This document shows, piece by piece, positions 11,163-23,136 of a stretch of 64,000 nt of DNA; positions within the stretch are counted from its first letter, which is position 1, and each line of letters begins with the position of its first letter. The notes under the pieces are model-generated. The model saw only the letters and a list, made by a program, of their open reading frames with translations, had not been told where the DNA came from and ran no database searches. This DNA comes from Octopus vulgaris (lineage: Eukaryota), in assembly GCA_951406725.2 (NCBI GenBank), contig OX597830.1, forward strand, positions 41,230,001-41,294,000, given 5' to 3'. The translations under genes were made by a program, and so were the position numbers.

Positions 11163-11510
11163 TCCTGATTGAAGAAAAGATAATCCAAATCTTAATTTAG
11201 TCAGCCATTTAGCTTCTTCCCTTGTAGGTTCAAAATATGTCAGTAGGGGAGCTATTATGTGCAACAAAACCTCTGTAAACTAGAACCCCTTGAAGAAGTA
11301 TTATCCTCACTAGAATTAGAACCCCTATGAAGGATTGGAATTCCTGATTGAAGAAAAGATAATCCAAATCTTAATTTAGTCAGCCATTTAGCTTCTTCCC
11401 TTGTAGGTTCAAAATATGTCAGTAGGGGAGCTATTATGAGCAACAAAACCTCGGTAAACTAAAACCCCTTGAAGAAGTATTATCCTCACCAGAATTAGAA
11501 CCCTTATGAA
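11163..11510. repeat. Tandem duplication with a 179-bp period (about 1.9 copies)
   Basis: 11163-11341 is repeated from 11342 with only a few substitutions. Confidence 0.95.
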
Positions 11511-11689
11511 AGACAGTGATGCAATATCACTGAGTTGTATTATTTAAACAGCAAAACCACCATAAGCCAAGGGATGGAGAACCTCTAAGCAAGTTGAACC
11601 TTATGAGAACCGGAATTTCAATGAAGAGCAACTTGAAACCACAAGAACACAGGATACAGATTTGCAGTCAATTTGCACATCAAATGTTA

Positions 11690-11910
11690 TACATCCATCA
11701 TTAGCTGCTTAACGGATATGATTGCTCAACATATTAGATAAAGAACCAGGTCTCTTTCAAATCATAGCCTACTATCTTGCAAAAAAGGGAAAAGAAATGA
11801 TGGGCGATGTAGTCCTTGATCTATTATATTTGGGGCAAAAAAAAAAAGGAAAGAGAACACTTTTGATTATGGGTCTGTTTAGTGAGACCTGACCTGGAGT
11901 CAAGCAATAA
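11690..11910 (+). repeat. Old dispersed repeat (family E, SINE-like)
   Basis: Resembles the reverse complement of 48455-48680 and fragments near 14415, 38625 and 47215 (TAGAAATAGCAGCC..TCTC..TCAAATCA motif; CCTGACCTGG tail). Confidence 0.4.
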
Positions 11911-12764
11911 TAATAATAATAATAATAATAATAACTGTAAAAAAAAAAAGAAGGAAAGAAAATGGCTTCAGGAACTGTACTTCATTCTTTCATTACCTCT
12001 TTCTATACCTCCTTCACAGACAGCCAAAATGGAACATGTGGTGGTGGTGGTGGTGGTGGTGGAGGTGGTAGCAATGGTGGTGGTGGTCGTCGGGGCCGCA
12101 TAGTTTTGGCTATATATTATTGTATTCTACAATGAAGAACTGTACACATGCAGATTGCAAGGAAAAAACTATAAACCATTGGGAGGGTGTGTGAGGACAT
12201 CAAAGGTTAATTATATAGAAGAAAAATAAAAAGAGATAGGAGGTATAAAGTGTATTTTATATGTAAAAGGAAGTGTATTTGGTACAAGCAGGAGAATGCC
12301 TACTCTATTCCAAGTGTTTGTATGATTGTGTCTATGTTGTGTGTGTGTTTGTATGTGTAGGTATATGACGAGGTTGGATGGGGTGAGGAAAGGTGGAGGT
12401 AGAAGAAGTGTGTTTTGGCATTTGCGTCAAAGAACGAGAGAAAGAGAGTGGGAAGGTGAGAAAGAGTATTTATTCTGATCACATTTCAAACCATTTGACT
12501 CTTAGAAATTTTGATTTATTGGTCCATCCTCAAAGTCAATTAAACCTTTATCTCTCTCTCTCCCTCTCTTTCTCTCCCCATACACACACACACACACACA
12601 CACACAAATATGCACTCACATATATACATACACTCTTCTTTCCGACCCACTCATTCTGTTCTTATATGACACACGTAGAACTGCCAAGTGTTGTACATTA
12701 TATATTCATACTCATACTTTAATATACAAGCATGCTTATGTGCATCTATACAGGTATATCTTTG

Positions 12765-12799
<35 letters not shown>

Positions 12800-12812
12800 G
12801 TACACACACATA

Positions 12813-12873
<61 letters not shown>

Positions 12874-13024
12874 TAAATAGATTGATAGATAGATAGAGAT
12901 ATATATATATAGATAGATAGATTGATAGTTAGATATATATATATAGATAGATAGATAGATAGATAGTTAGATATATATATATATAGATAGATAGTTAGAT
13001 AGATAGATAGATAGATAGATAGTT

Positions 13025-13079
<55 letters not shown>

Positions 13080-13110
13080 CACACACAAATATATATATAT
13101 ATATATATGC
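12765..13110. repeat. Compound (TACA)/(TA)/(GATA) microsatellite
   Basis: Direct inspection. Confidence 0.95.
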
Positions 13111-13648
13111 ACACATACTCTAACACATGTATGTATATATGTGTTTCTTTTAAACCTATATAAATCATCCATCATGCTTGCAATGACTTTATCTTCCATT
13201 TTAATTTTGTGTGTGCATGTGTATGCATGCATGCGGGTATGTTAGTGTGTTTTTCTTTATGCCGCTGTAACTAGTAAATCATTTAAAAGTCTACATTGGA
13301 AATATCTTTCTTGTTTTAGTATTTGTGTTGTTGCTACTTACCCTCACACACGCACACACACACACACACACACGGAGTGTATGTTGGAGGCAAATGAAGT
13401 TTTCTTCTCTAATCACAGAAATATTTCATTTTGTTTCCTTTTTACTTCCAATTGTTGTTTAAATTGAGACAAGAGATTTGAAATATACAAAGAACCTAAG
13501 CCATTTACATATATATAACATGCACACACAAATATACACACACGCACATATATATATATATATATATATACATATATACATATATATACTCACACACACA
13601 CATACCTATGTGTGTGCGTATATATATATATATACACATACATATATG

Positions 13649-13681
<33 letters not shown>

Positions 13682-14777
13682 GCATATATATATTTATATA
13701 GGTTTATGTATGTATTTATATTAACATACACATAATTTTTTGAAATCTGTGCTTTCTTGACATTGAATATTCTGCAACCTTTTATAGTAGGCAGAGTTTA
13801 TAGTTTATGGTTAAACTTAAAATTAGATTTAACATCACATTTACAGTTTTGTTGTTTGGCTATTTTAGGATATTAAAAGACAGTGTGGTTTGTAATAAAT
13901 CAACTGACATAGGCACACCTAGTTATCAATTACTCAAATGATTTATCAGAAAGCTATTTGATAAAAGCTGCAATGAATTATTAGGCTTAGAAAATTATAT
14001 TCTCTTATTATATTACTAACAATCCATCTTTTGTACAGACTTATTTCATTACAACACAAGTAGCGGCATTTCACAGCCGAAATGAATAAAAATGTCTGGA
14101 ATGAAATCCTAAGGAAAAAAAATTAAAAAACGAGAGAGACAGACAGATAGACAGACAGAACAAAAGAAAACATATTCTTGAATGTATGTAGATGTGTGTG
14201 TGTGTGAACAGTTTTTTTAAAAGCAAAATTTTTTCTTTCCAACCCCTGAAAATTGCTTCATATGCTAAGTCAGTTGTTAAGCCAAAGATAAGATCTTGTG
14301 ACCCTGTTGATGAAACTGATAAAAATCAGGAAAAATTCTTCTGAGAAATAATTCACTTGACAGTGAGAAAGTACTTGTGATTGAGGGATTGTTTTCATTG
14401 CTGTGCCTCTTGTGTTGTCCCAGGATAGTCTTGATCAAGCAAGTATATAATTAAAAGCATTCCAGCTGTGACCATCCTGTCTTATTTTTATTTACAGACT
14501 TAGTTTATCCGGGACTACATTATCCGGTGTATCCTTTTCCCTCGTTAGTTTCAGGTTGGTGTGCTTGATAACCACTGGATGGTTGGATGTCTTCTTCAGT
14601 GTTAATAGTAGAGGTTTGTGTTGATCAGTGGTTCTCAACCAGGATCCACATAACCCTTGGCAGTCCACATAACCGTTGGGGTCCATATAACCTTTGGCAG
14701 TCCATGTGAGCAAAGTATTAAATTGGAGATCCACAGTTTTATTTAAAGGGTGCACGAAAAAATTTTGCTCTAGATAA

Positions 14778-15156
14778 GCACAGGCATGGCTGTGTGGTAA
14801 GAAGCTTGCTTCCCAACCAGATGGTTCTGGGTTCAGTCCCGCTGCATAGCACCTTGGCCAAATGTCTTTAACTATAGCCTCAGGCCAACCAAAGTCTTGT
14901 GAGTGGATTTGGTTGACGGAAACTGAAAGAAGCCTGTTGTATGTGTGTATGGCTTTGAGTCTGTGTTTGTCTCCCCACAATGCTTGACAACCGATGTTTG
15001 TGTGTTTATGTCCCCCATTACTTAGCAGTTCAGCAAAAGTACTAGGTTTAAAAAGGAAAATAAATCCTGGGGTCGATTTGTTCGACTAAAACTCTTCAAG
15101 GCAGTGCCCCAGCATGGCCACAGTCAAATGACTGAAACAGGTAAAAGATCAAAGAT
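14778..15156 (+). mobile_element. SINE family A, full length
   Basis: Head, CORE-like domain and tail as in the 1241 copy. Confidence 0.9.
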
Positions 15157-15277
15157 ATATTTATTGCAAGAAACAGCTTGGTTTCTTCCTTCTAATGTTT
15201 TACATAGTTCAACATGTTTCCAGTCTCTGAAACATCTCCTAAAAAAGAGTAAAATACAAAATAGGCATTCTGAAAGA

Positions 15278-15460
15278 ATCATTTATCGTTTAACGTCTTC
15301 TTTCCATGCTAGCAAGGGTTGGACGGTTTGACTGAGGACTAGTGAGCCAGAGGCTGCTCCAGGCTCAATCTGATCTGGTGAAGTTCCTACAGCTGGATGC
15401 CCTTCCTAACACCAACCACTCTGAGAGTGTAGTGGGTGCTTTTATGTGACACCGGCATAG
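15278..15460 (-). mobile_element. SINE-like family D copy
   Basis: CGTTTAACGTC.TCTTTCCATGCTAGC...CTGGATGCCCTTCCTAACACCAACCAC. Confidence 0.7.
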
Positions 15461-16002
15461 GTAAAAGATGGTTGAAAACCATGGGTTTAAATGCTCTCAG
15501 TGACCATGGTTACCCAGTTCTTAAGTAAATGGTATTGCAGAAAATAGTACTTCCAATCACTACTACTGTAGACAGTGGCAGTACTATGGAATTGCTGTGT
15601 GTTTCATTGACTTTCAGTAGTAAGTTCAATTTTTCCTTCTTGTATTAAATGCTATATGGAGATTTACCTTTCACCAATTAAATGCCATAGAAAGCCATTT
15701 ATAAAAACTGATAATTCAGAAAAGATTAATGTAGCATTAAAGAGGACGTCCATAAATTTCTTCACTGGCAGTGCCCCAGCATGGCCACAGCTCGTGAGCT
15801 GAAACTAGATAAAATAAAAATAAAAAAAATAGGGAGACTCAAATTCACAACCGCAAGATTAAAAAGCAAAAAGAAACTCATTAGTTATGTCCTCACCTTG
15901 GGTTCTCAACCCTTTAATGGTGTCTTAGGAGCACCATCATGATATATATCATGATGTGTCTTGGGTATTTCTTTTAGCAGATCCTATCTTTTACATTTTT
16001 GT

Positions 16003-16505
16003 TTAGTTAGTTACGCCCTTTGCTCCCTGTAGAACATAGATCATCAATGACTTTTTTCTCTGTTGTTCTCAACTTTGGGGTATCTTTTCTGCTTCTCTCC
16101 AGTAGGATCCCTGCATTTTTTTTTATAGCTCTGACTTAGTATCCCACCCTCAACTATTTTTAGGGCATCCTCTCTTCCAGCTCCCTTGTGGGTTCCAGGT
16201 TAGGACCTAATGTGTAATGCAGAATGTTGGGTTTTTTCAGTGGTGGTGGTGGGGGGTCGCATTTTGCTGCACCACATCATGTTTCCCTGAGGGAATGCCT
16301 TCCACTCCCATGTCTTGTCGGTTTTAAATTACTATTGGTGCTTCTGTATCTCTGCTTTTTTTTTCTAGATAGAGCTGTTAGCCCTACACAAACCCATTTT
16401 TACCTCTACCTTTTGATTTGTCCAGTATGAGGATACAAGGAGCTTGGTCTCCGTCAGCATATCTCTCAGGGTCAGTGAAACATGTAAGACACCATGCGAT
16501 AAGAA
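16003..16505 (-). mobile_element. Internally deleted (bipartite) RTE-clade retroelement
   Basis: Minus-strand translation near 16150-16225 gives CITH*VLTWNPQGSWKRGCPKNS, an RTE C-terminal motif; RTE 5'UTR-like block at 16400-16505; both ends are shared with 24428-24790. Confidence 0.65.
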
Positions 16506-16574
16506 AAACTGGACCTTGTGCAGCCTTTTCAGTTTGAGAGGGAGAGAGAGAAAAAGAGAGAAAGACTCAATCAA

Positions 16575-16780
16575 TCAATCCCCATCCCCAGTGCAGAACT
16601 GGTACTTTATTGACCTTGAAATGATGAAAGAGAAGGTTGACATCACTAGATCTTGAAACCGTCTTTCATTCTTTTGTGGTTGATAAAGTAAGTACCAGTT
16701 GAATTCTGGGGTCAATGTAATCAACTTACTCCCTCTCCCAAAATTACTGGCCTTGTACAAAAATATGAAACCAATTATAT
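16575..16780. mobile_element. Two oppositely oriented SINE B fragments
   Basis: CTGGTACTTTATTGACC...AAGGTTGAC (minus), then TTTCATTCTTTTGTGGTTGATAAAGTAAGTACCAG...GGCCTTGTAC (plus). Confidence 0.6.
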
Positions 16781-17369
16781 AGACTCCATAGATTGGGTGA
16801 AATGATAAAATGCTGTCATAGTATTAAGTTTTAAACATCAATATCGTGAGTTTTGACTCTATTAAAATCAGTTTTGCATTTTATTCTTTCACTGTTGGCA
16901 AAAGAACTGAAAGCTATGTTCTGGGGCTATTTTGATATATCTACTACACTTTCTAGGCCAATATAGGATAATAGCTTGTATACTAAAGAGAGGAATAAGC
17001 TTATATCCTGCTATTATCACTATGTTATCACCCTGGCTAAACAAATCTATAACTCACAATAATCTAGTGTAATTAGCTGTAATTAGGCAATATTGTGTAG
17101 TCCAGTTAGATACTGCACGCAGTGGGAGTACCAGCTAATTAACAAGTGTTTTGTAAGCTTGTTATGCTGAACTGGAACCCTCCCATAAAGAACGTCTGTG
17201 AAAGACTATAATCCTCCTACACAGATGAGAGATGTCTTATAATCATTTAATAAATAATTTATCGTTATTAGCACTGATGCAATTTTGAAGAATTTTTTTA
17301 TTATGTCTGTTGCCTATATTGCTGGCCATACCATCTGTTAATTTCCTTCTGTAACCTCTTTTTATCACA

Positions 17370-17593
17370 TTAAAACCGTTAGTGTTCAGATTACTTTAAT
17401 GTATGCTTATTTATTCACATTGTCTTGAATTAACCATGTATTATCTCATAGCTTCAATATTTCAATGATGTGATTGTTTATTTTGTGAATGACATTGTAG
17501 GGTACATGTGAGAGGCCAGATGTGGTTGTTGTGAACATACAACAGAGAGAATATTTGGGCCGGATATGGCCAGTTTAAATGCTAAAGGGTTAA
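17370..17593. mobile_element. TTAA-flanked MITE, family M1
   Basis: 3' end TTTAAATGCTAAAGGGTTAA; body matches 4700 and 63010. Confidence 0.75.
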
Positions 17594-17820
17594 ATCTTGA
17601 AGGATAAAGGAGGACCACACACACATGCACTAGAATAGGAGTGCAGTGTGTAACCTGAGCATTAACATAGGACGTGAAGCATCTTTTCATTTACAAGTTA
17701 CTAAGATCGCTATGAAATGTATATGTCTAACCAGATGGGGCTAAGAACTTTTAGACTAAGAGTGCAGGAAACTATGATGGTCCTCAGGAGGACCATCATT
17801 TTCTCCTCAGCCCTCTGGAG

Positions 17821-18405
17821 CAGTGGTTCCCAATTATTTTCAGACTGCTGCCCCCTTGACACATTCTTAATGCCCCCACCCCAACTAACCATCACAAACA
17901 TAGACCTCTTCCTGAAGCACATTCAAAGCAACTGTATTTCACAAATAAAACTTAACTTAACGAACCCATTATTTTGTTGATTTTGCATGAATCGCTACCC
18001 CATTCTCAGCCCACTTTTTGCATAAATTAGTACCCCATTTTTGCCCCACTTTTTGCATAAATCGCTACCCCATTATTGCCCCACTTTTTGCATAAATCTC
18101 TACCCCATTATTGCCTCACTTTTTGCATAAATCGCTACCCCGTTATTGCCCCACTTTTTGCTTAAATCGCTACCCCATTATTGCTCCACTTTTTGCATAA
18201 ATCGCTACTCCATTCTCACCCCACTTTTTACATAAATCGCTACCCCATTTTTGCCCCACTTTTTGCATAAATCGCTACCCCATTATTGCCCGACTTTTTA
18301 CACGAATTACCACCCCATTATTGCCCCACTTTTCTTCAACACCCCCTTGGGACTTTCCACCGCCCCCCAGGAGGGAGGAAATACTGCCCACTTTGGGAAC
18401 CACTG
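17821..18405. mobile_element. hAT (Charlie-like) MITE containing a 35-bp minisatellite
   Basis: Perfect 13-bp TIRs CAGTGGTTCCCAA (17821-17833) and TTGGGAACCACTG (18393-18405); 8-bp flanks CTCTGGAG and ATCCAGAG resemble the NTCTAGAN target. Confidence 0.85.
17981..18333. repeat. 35-bp minisatellite, about 10 copies
   Basis: Unit CCACTTTTTGCATAAATCGCTACCCCATTATTGCC starts at 18011, 18046, 18081 and so on to 18326. Confidence 0.95.
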
Positions 18406-19059
18406 ATCCAGAGTATTGCTTTCGATTGTGGTCAATCACATAGTGCAAAATTGATGATGGAACTTGAAGTATCCATCATTGTTATATGAAGAAGATTGCT
18501 TCAATGCATCAGATCAGCTACTGGGAAAAATTAGAAGAGCTAAGACTTGACTCCCTAGAGTGAAAACAGGAAAGACATGCATTCATATATACCTGGAAAA
18601 TCCAGGAAGGATTTGCACCAAACTCTGCCATTGAAAGCTATGCTAATCCCAAAACATGATGCCACTGAATAGTGTCAAATATTTCATCTTTGTAATCCAC
18701 ATTTAGGACCAGATACTGTAATATTACAGGCTTCAAACACCTATAGCTTTTCAGTGTATACTGAGAGACTTAAGGGATCTACATTGTGTGAATGCAGATG
18801 TCTTCAAAATGCAACTTGCCCTAGAATATGAGATGAACCTACTTCATGACAATAGAAACATATGAAGGCAGCAATTTCAAACTCTCTCATTCACCAAACA
18901 ACAAATATAAAGTGCAGCAACTCGAACAGCAGTGCACTAGCATGGCCACAGCTTACTGGCTGAAGCATGTGAAAGATAAACGATATATATGTTTTTGTAT
19001 ATATTTCTATATGGCATGGAAAGCAAATGTTAACTGGTGATGATAATCACACACACACG

Positions 19060-19107
<48 letters not shown>

Positions 19108-19788
19108 TACATTTACACACAGACACACATATATGGAAAACAAACTCGTTTTTAAACACAGAGAAGAGGGGTGAGGACTCCCCTGTGTTTGATATATTTT
19201 ACCTCAGCACATTGCGACCCTTTCCTTGTAAAACTGGATGAAAGAAAGAAAAAAAGAAATATTTAAAAATACATAAAGAAAAGCACACTTAGATATAAGT
19301 AACATACTCTTAAAGAAAAAAAAAAAAAAGAATTCCGAAAGTATATTATTTTTATTACAACGAAATTATATCTGAAACATGAGTATTTTATGAAGCTGTT
19401 TCTTGAAGAACAGAACATATATTTTTTCCCCCCATAATCTTTGACAGTTTAGAATTTGGTTAATATTTCCAGATTTTCAGGTTATTAATTTTTCCCATTT
19501 TATGTTCTTTTATTTTTGCAAAGCATACATGCATGTGTGCATATGTTGCTCTCACCAACTCTCTCTCTCTCTCTCTTCCTCTCTCTCTTCCTCTCTCTCT
19601 CCTTCCTTCCCTCCCTCTGTGTGTGCGTGTGTATCATCATGATCTTGTAATGTCCGTTTTCTATCCTACACACACACATACATATACACATGTATATAAT
19701 CATAAACACATATGTATATACATACGTGTATATAATCACATATCTATATAATCATATATATGCATACATATACATATATAAATATATG

Positions 19789-19826
<38 letters not shown>

Positions 19827-19887
19827 CATATACAAGTAAATATATGTATATTTATATTACATATAAATACTTATAAATATTTATATA

Positions 19888-19941
<54 letters not shown>

Positions 19942-20001
19942 CACACATACATATATCAAATAAAATAATAATATTAATACCACTACTACTACTACTAATA
20001 C

Positions 20002-20041
<40 letters not shown>

Positions 20042-20381
20042 TTTATTGCCAGTGAAGTCAAAGCTTTGCTGGCTAATACTTATTCATATAAACACATGCA
20101 TGTCCAAACATAGAAACACACATATTTGTGTGTTTGCATGTTTGTGTCAGGGTATGCTTGTATGCTGTTAGCATGTGGAATAGTTGCATGGACATGGCAT
20201 TAATGTACTGACTCATGGCTCTCGAGTTCAAATCCATTGCAGGAGTTTTATTGCATATTGAAGCCATGCTCTAAATTCTATGCACCTCAGTTTCACTGGC
20301 TATGAAGAATCAACAACAGATCTGCCGTGAATGTTACTTGCATCTTGGGAAGAAGGGAGATTATCCCTGTGTGTGAGTGTG

Positions 20382-20494
20382 TACATACATACATACATAC
20401 ATACATACATACATACATACATACATACATACATACATACATACATACATACATACATACATGCATGCATGCATGCATGCATGCAGGCATGCAT
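20382..20494. repeat. (ACAT)n grading into (GCAT)n microsatellite
   Basis: Direct inspection. Confidence 0.95.
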
Positions 20495-20890
20495 GGTGGC
20501 TGCCCCCTCGTTATCGAGTATGGCCATTGCACGAAGCTTTATCAATGTTGTTATCGTGCAATGCCTGTGCAAGAAGATTTTTTTTAAAGTGAGGAAAGGC
20601 TGTGCACTGAGTCAATCCCACTCACTAAGCAACAGCAGCCATAATCCGAAAAGAAGAACAAGTCAACATCATCGGTAACCACTGAGCCGCAGGTTTGATG
20701 TTGGAGTTATCCCAGTTACCTGAGTTACCTTCTCCTAGAAGGATGCCCTAACAAAGGCTAGGAATCCTTCAATCCCAATGGTTTAACCGCATAATCGGGT
20801 ATTCAGTCCAATTATTTCTATGTCCCTGTGCATGATACAGCCTTAAGACATTTATTGGATGGCTGTTGACTCTCAAGAGTTCCTCCGCCC
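20495..20890 (-). mobile_element. Possible RTE-related non-autonomous element
   Basis: CpG-richer block abutting the microsatellite; hairpin CATTGCACGA/TCGTGCAATG; GTTACCTTCTCCTAG...CCTAACAAAGGCTAG resembles RTE 5' regions. Confidence 0.4.
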
Positions 20891-20921
20891 TTTGATACAT
20901 ACATACATATATATATATATA

Positions 20922-21100
20922 TCTTTTATCTTTTACTTGTTTCAGTCATTTGAATGTGGCCATGCTGGGGCAGTGTCTTCAAGGGTTTTTGTGGAGCAAA
21001 TTGACCCCAGGACTTTTTTTTTCTGAAGCTTAGTACTTTATCTACTGGTTGTCAAGCAATGTTGAAGGGACAGACACAAGATACACACATATTGATATGT

Positions 21101-21132
<32 letters not shown>

Positions 21133-21300
21133 GCAACAAGCTTTATTTAGTTTCCATCTACCAAATCCTCTCACAAGGCTTTGGTCAACCCGAGACTATA
21201 GTAGAAAACTTTTGCTCAAGATGCCATGTGGTGGGACTGAACTAACTCAGAACAATGTGGTTGGAAAACTAGCTTCTTACCACAAAGCCACACCTGCACC
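20922..21300 (-). mobile_element. SINE family A
   Basis: Reverse-complement match to the family. Confidence 0.85.
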
Positions 21301-21435
21301 TAAAAGAAATCACATACACACACACAGAAGCACACTGACACACACATGCACATGTGGTATAAAATCATTTCCACTGGTATTTTCTTTTCATTTTATTTTT
21401 ATCTAAAAATCTACAGAATCCACAGATTGCCTATT

Positions 21436-21659
21436 TCAATCCTTTGATACCACCTGAAACCACACTTGAACCATGATATAAATTTCCTGTTTCAGAGTAA
21501 TCTAAATTGAAACTTTTCATCAAAATTTCATGCTAATTTATATTCATAACACCAACTTAAAACCATGACAAAGTTATTTTACTAAATTCTTCGTTATTTT
21601 CAGAATTATGTGAAACAAAGGCAATGAATTTCAACAGAAATAGGGGAACAAAAGGTTAA
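21436..21659. mobile_element. TTAA-type MITE, family M2
   Basis: Reverse-complement homologue of 38218-38445; ends ..CCTTTGATACC and ACAAAAGGTTAA. Confidence 0.7.
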
Positions 21660-22364
21660 TGTAGAGCAGAGCATAAAAGTTTAGATGTAAAGCTGCAAAA
21701 AAAAAAAAAACTATAACAGCAAGTAATGTTATGATGAGATTGTGCAGCAGTCTTACTTTTGTGGAGAAGTATCAAATTCACACAATTTCCTTTGCTTTCC
21801 CTTGTAAATATTGAGTCTTGTGCATACTTATATGAAAGGAAACATGGCCTCACATATTTTATTACACAGAGGCAATATTACACATGTTGTTGTACATGTT
21901 GTTTTTGAGCAATTTTGTAACTACAATAACAACAACATTTCTGAACAATTTATTTATATTTTGCACTTGATACTTTCTAACTCATCCCTTTTAACTTGCT
22001 GTTAGTATTTTAAAGCTTTGATACATAAAATAAATCAAGCAACTGTCTTTTAATCTTCCCAAAAGATTCTTTTAGTAGTCGTTGCTTCCCTATTCTTCAG
22101 GGCTATTTTTGTTCCATTTCCTTCTGGTATTAACGCAATGAAAGATAAATTTATCTGCAACCTACATAGACTTGAAATCACATTCTCATATGATTTGGGC
22201 ACTTTTGTCAATTGCTTGGTGAGTGGAAGCTTGTGGTGTTGAGGGAAATTCTCAAATACAAGATCAGACACTTCTCAAATACAAGATCAGATTCTGGCTT
22301 AAAAGACTCAAAGCCATTATGCTTCACATCTTGATATATACCTTTATGAGTCATCAAGGCTTAT

Positions 22365-22565
22365 AGAATAACGGTTAAGGTATTGAGCTCTCAATCATAA
22401 TGTCATGGATTTGGTCCCCAGACCAGTCAACACATTATATCCTTGAACAAGGCACTTTATTTCATGCAACACCAGTTTACTCTGCTGAAGTGAGTACCAG
22501 CAATATGGGGGGTGGGGAGCTCAACCTTGTAGTGGACTGGCATCCCATCCAAGAAAGAGCCTTGT
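22365..22565 (+). mobile_element. Degenerate SINE family C
   Basis: CORE-like CCTTGAACAAGGCACTTTATTTC and V-like TGGACTGGCATCCCATCCA. Confidence 0.6.
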
Positions 22566-22899
22566 CCTCTCAGCTGCTTAAGGTGCAGCTTACTGAACTT
22601 CTAAGCTTAAGACAGACTGTGATTGGTTTTAATTGCCATCAATTGTTACTCTGTATCAATGGTTTTTGAATGACCTGTTATGGCACACTGGTGTGCCAAG
22701 GTGTAACTAGGTGTGCTATGAAAATCAATTATTTTTCTTTTAAAAATGCAAACACTACAAACCAAAATTCTAAACATAAGATGAGTACAAGCAACCTACA
22801 GAGACTGCAAATAACATTCTCAGATGATCTAAATAAAGAATCGTTGTCATCATCATCATCATCATCATCATCGATGTCGTCATTGTCATCATCATCATT

Positions 22900-23136
22900 A
22901 TCATCATCCTCATCATTTGTTTTCCATGCTGGCATGGGTTGGACAGTTTACCAGGAGCTGGCAAGCCAGAGAGCCATACCAGACTCCACTTGTCTGTTTT
23001 GGCATAGTTTCTATGACTTGATGCCCTTTCTAATGCCAACCACATTACAGAGTGTACTAGGTGCTGGGTGCTTTTTCTCTGACACCAGCACACATGTTTT
23101 TTACATGACACTGACACAGGTACTTTTTATGTGGCA
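22900..23136 (-). mobile_element. SINE-like family D copy with a (CAT)n tail
   Basis: TTTCCATGCTGGCATGGGTTGGACAG...GATGCCCTTTCTAATGCCAACCAC. Confidence 0.72.

Larger units (their letters stand above)
14626..15483. mobile_element. hAT (Charlie-like) MITE carrying two nested SINEs
   Basis: Left TIR CAGTGGTTCTCAACC (14626); degenerate right TIR GGTTGAAAACCATG (15470-15483); three ~19-bp subterminal repeats at 14643-14706. Confidence 0.6.
17725..18982 (+). mobile_element. Fossil 3' part of a CR1/L2-group LINE (RT C-terminus and 3' tail), interrupted by a hAT MITE
   Basis: LRTFRLRVQETMMVLRRTIIFS | MITE | PEYCFRLWS...MHQISYWEKLEELRLDSLE*KQERHAFIYTWKIQEGFAPN...DEPT...AAISNSLIHQ; contains stops and frameshifts. 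Confidence 0.8.

Noticed and set aside
11025-11446. Paired ORFs sharing IIAPLLTYFEPTREEAKW
   Set aside because: A by-product of the 179-bp tandem duplication; the period breaks frame and no domain is recognisable.
14492-14980. 162-aa ORF and the recurring peptide LLSVSVYQIHSQG...CPRCHAVGLNPEP
   Set aside because: Antisense read-through of SINE family A; it recurs only because the SINE does.
15935-15956. Perfect 22-bp palindrome CATCATGATATATATCATGATG
   Set aside because: Built from self-complementary simple repeats, so expected in this composition.
17981-18333. CRISPR-like regular 35-bp repeat
   Set aside because: The units are head-to-tail with no unique spacers, there are no cas genes, and the context is eukaryotic.
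20460-20494. Cluster of TGCATG (Rbfox-like) motifs
   Set aside because: A strand-symmetric (GCAT)n microsatellite with no adjacent exon.
22249-22291. 20-bp direct duplication TTCTCAAATACAAGATCAGA
   Set aside because: Ordinary slippage or repair duplication with no further structure.
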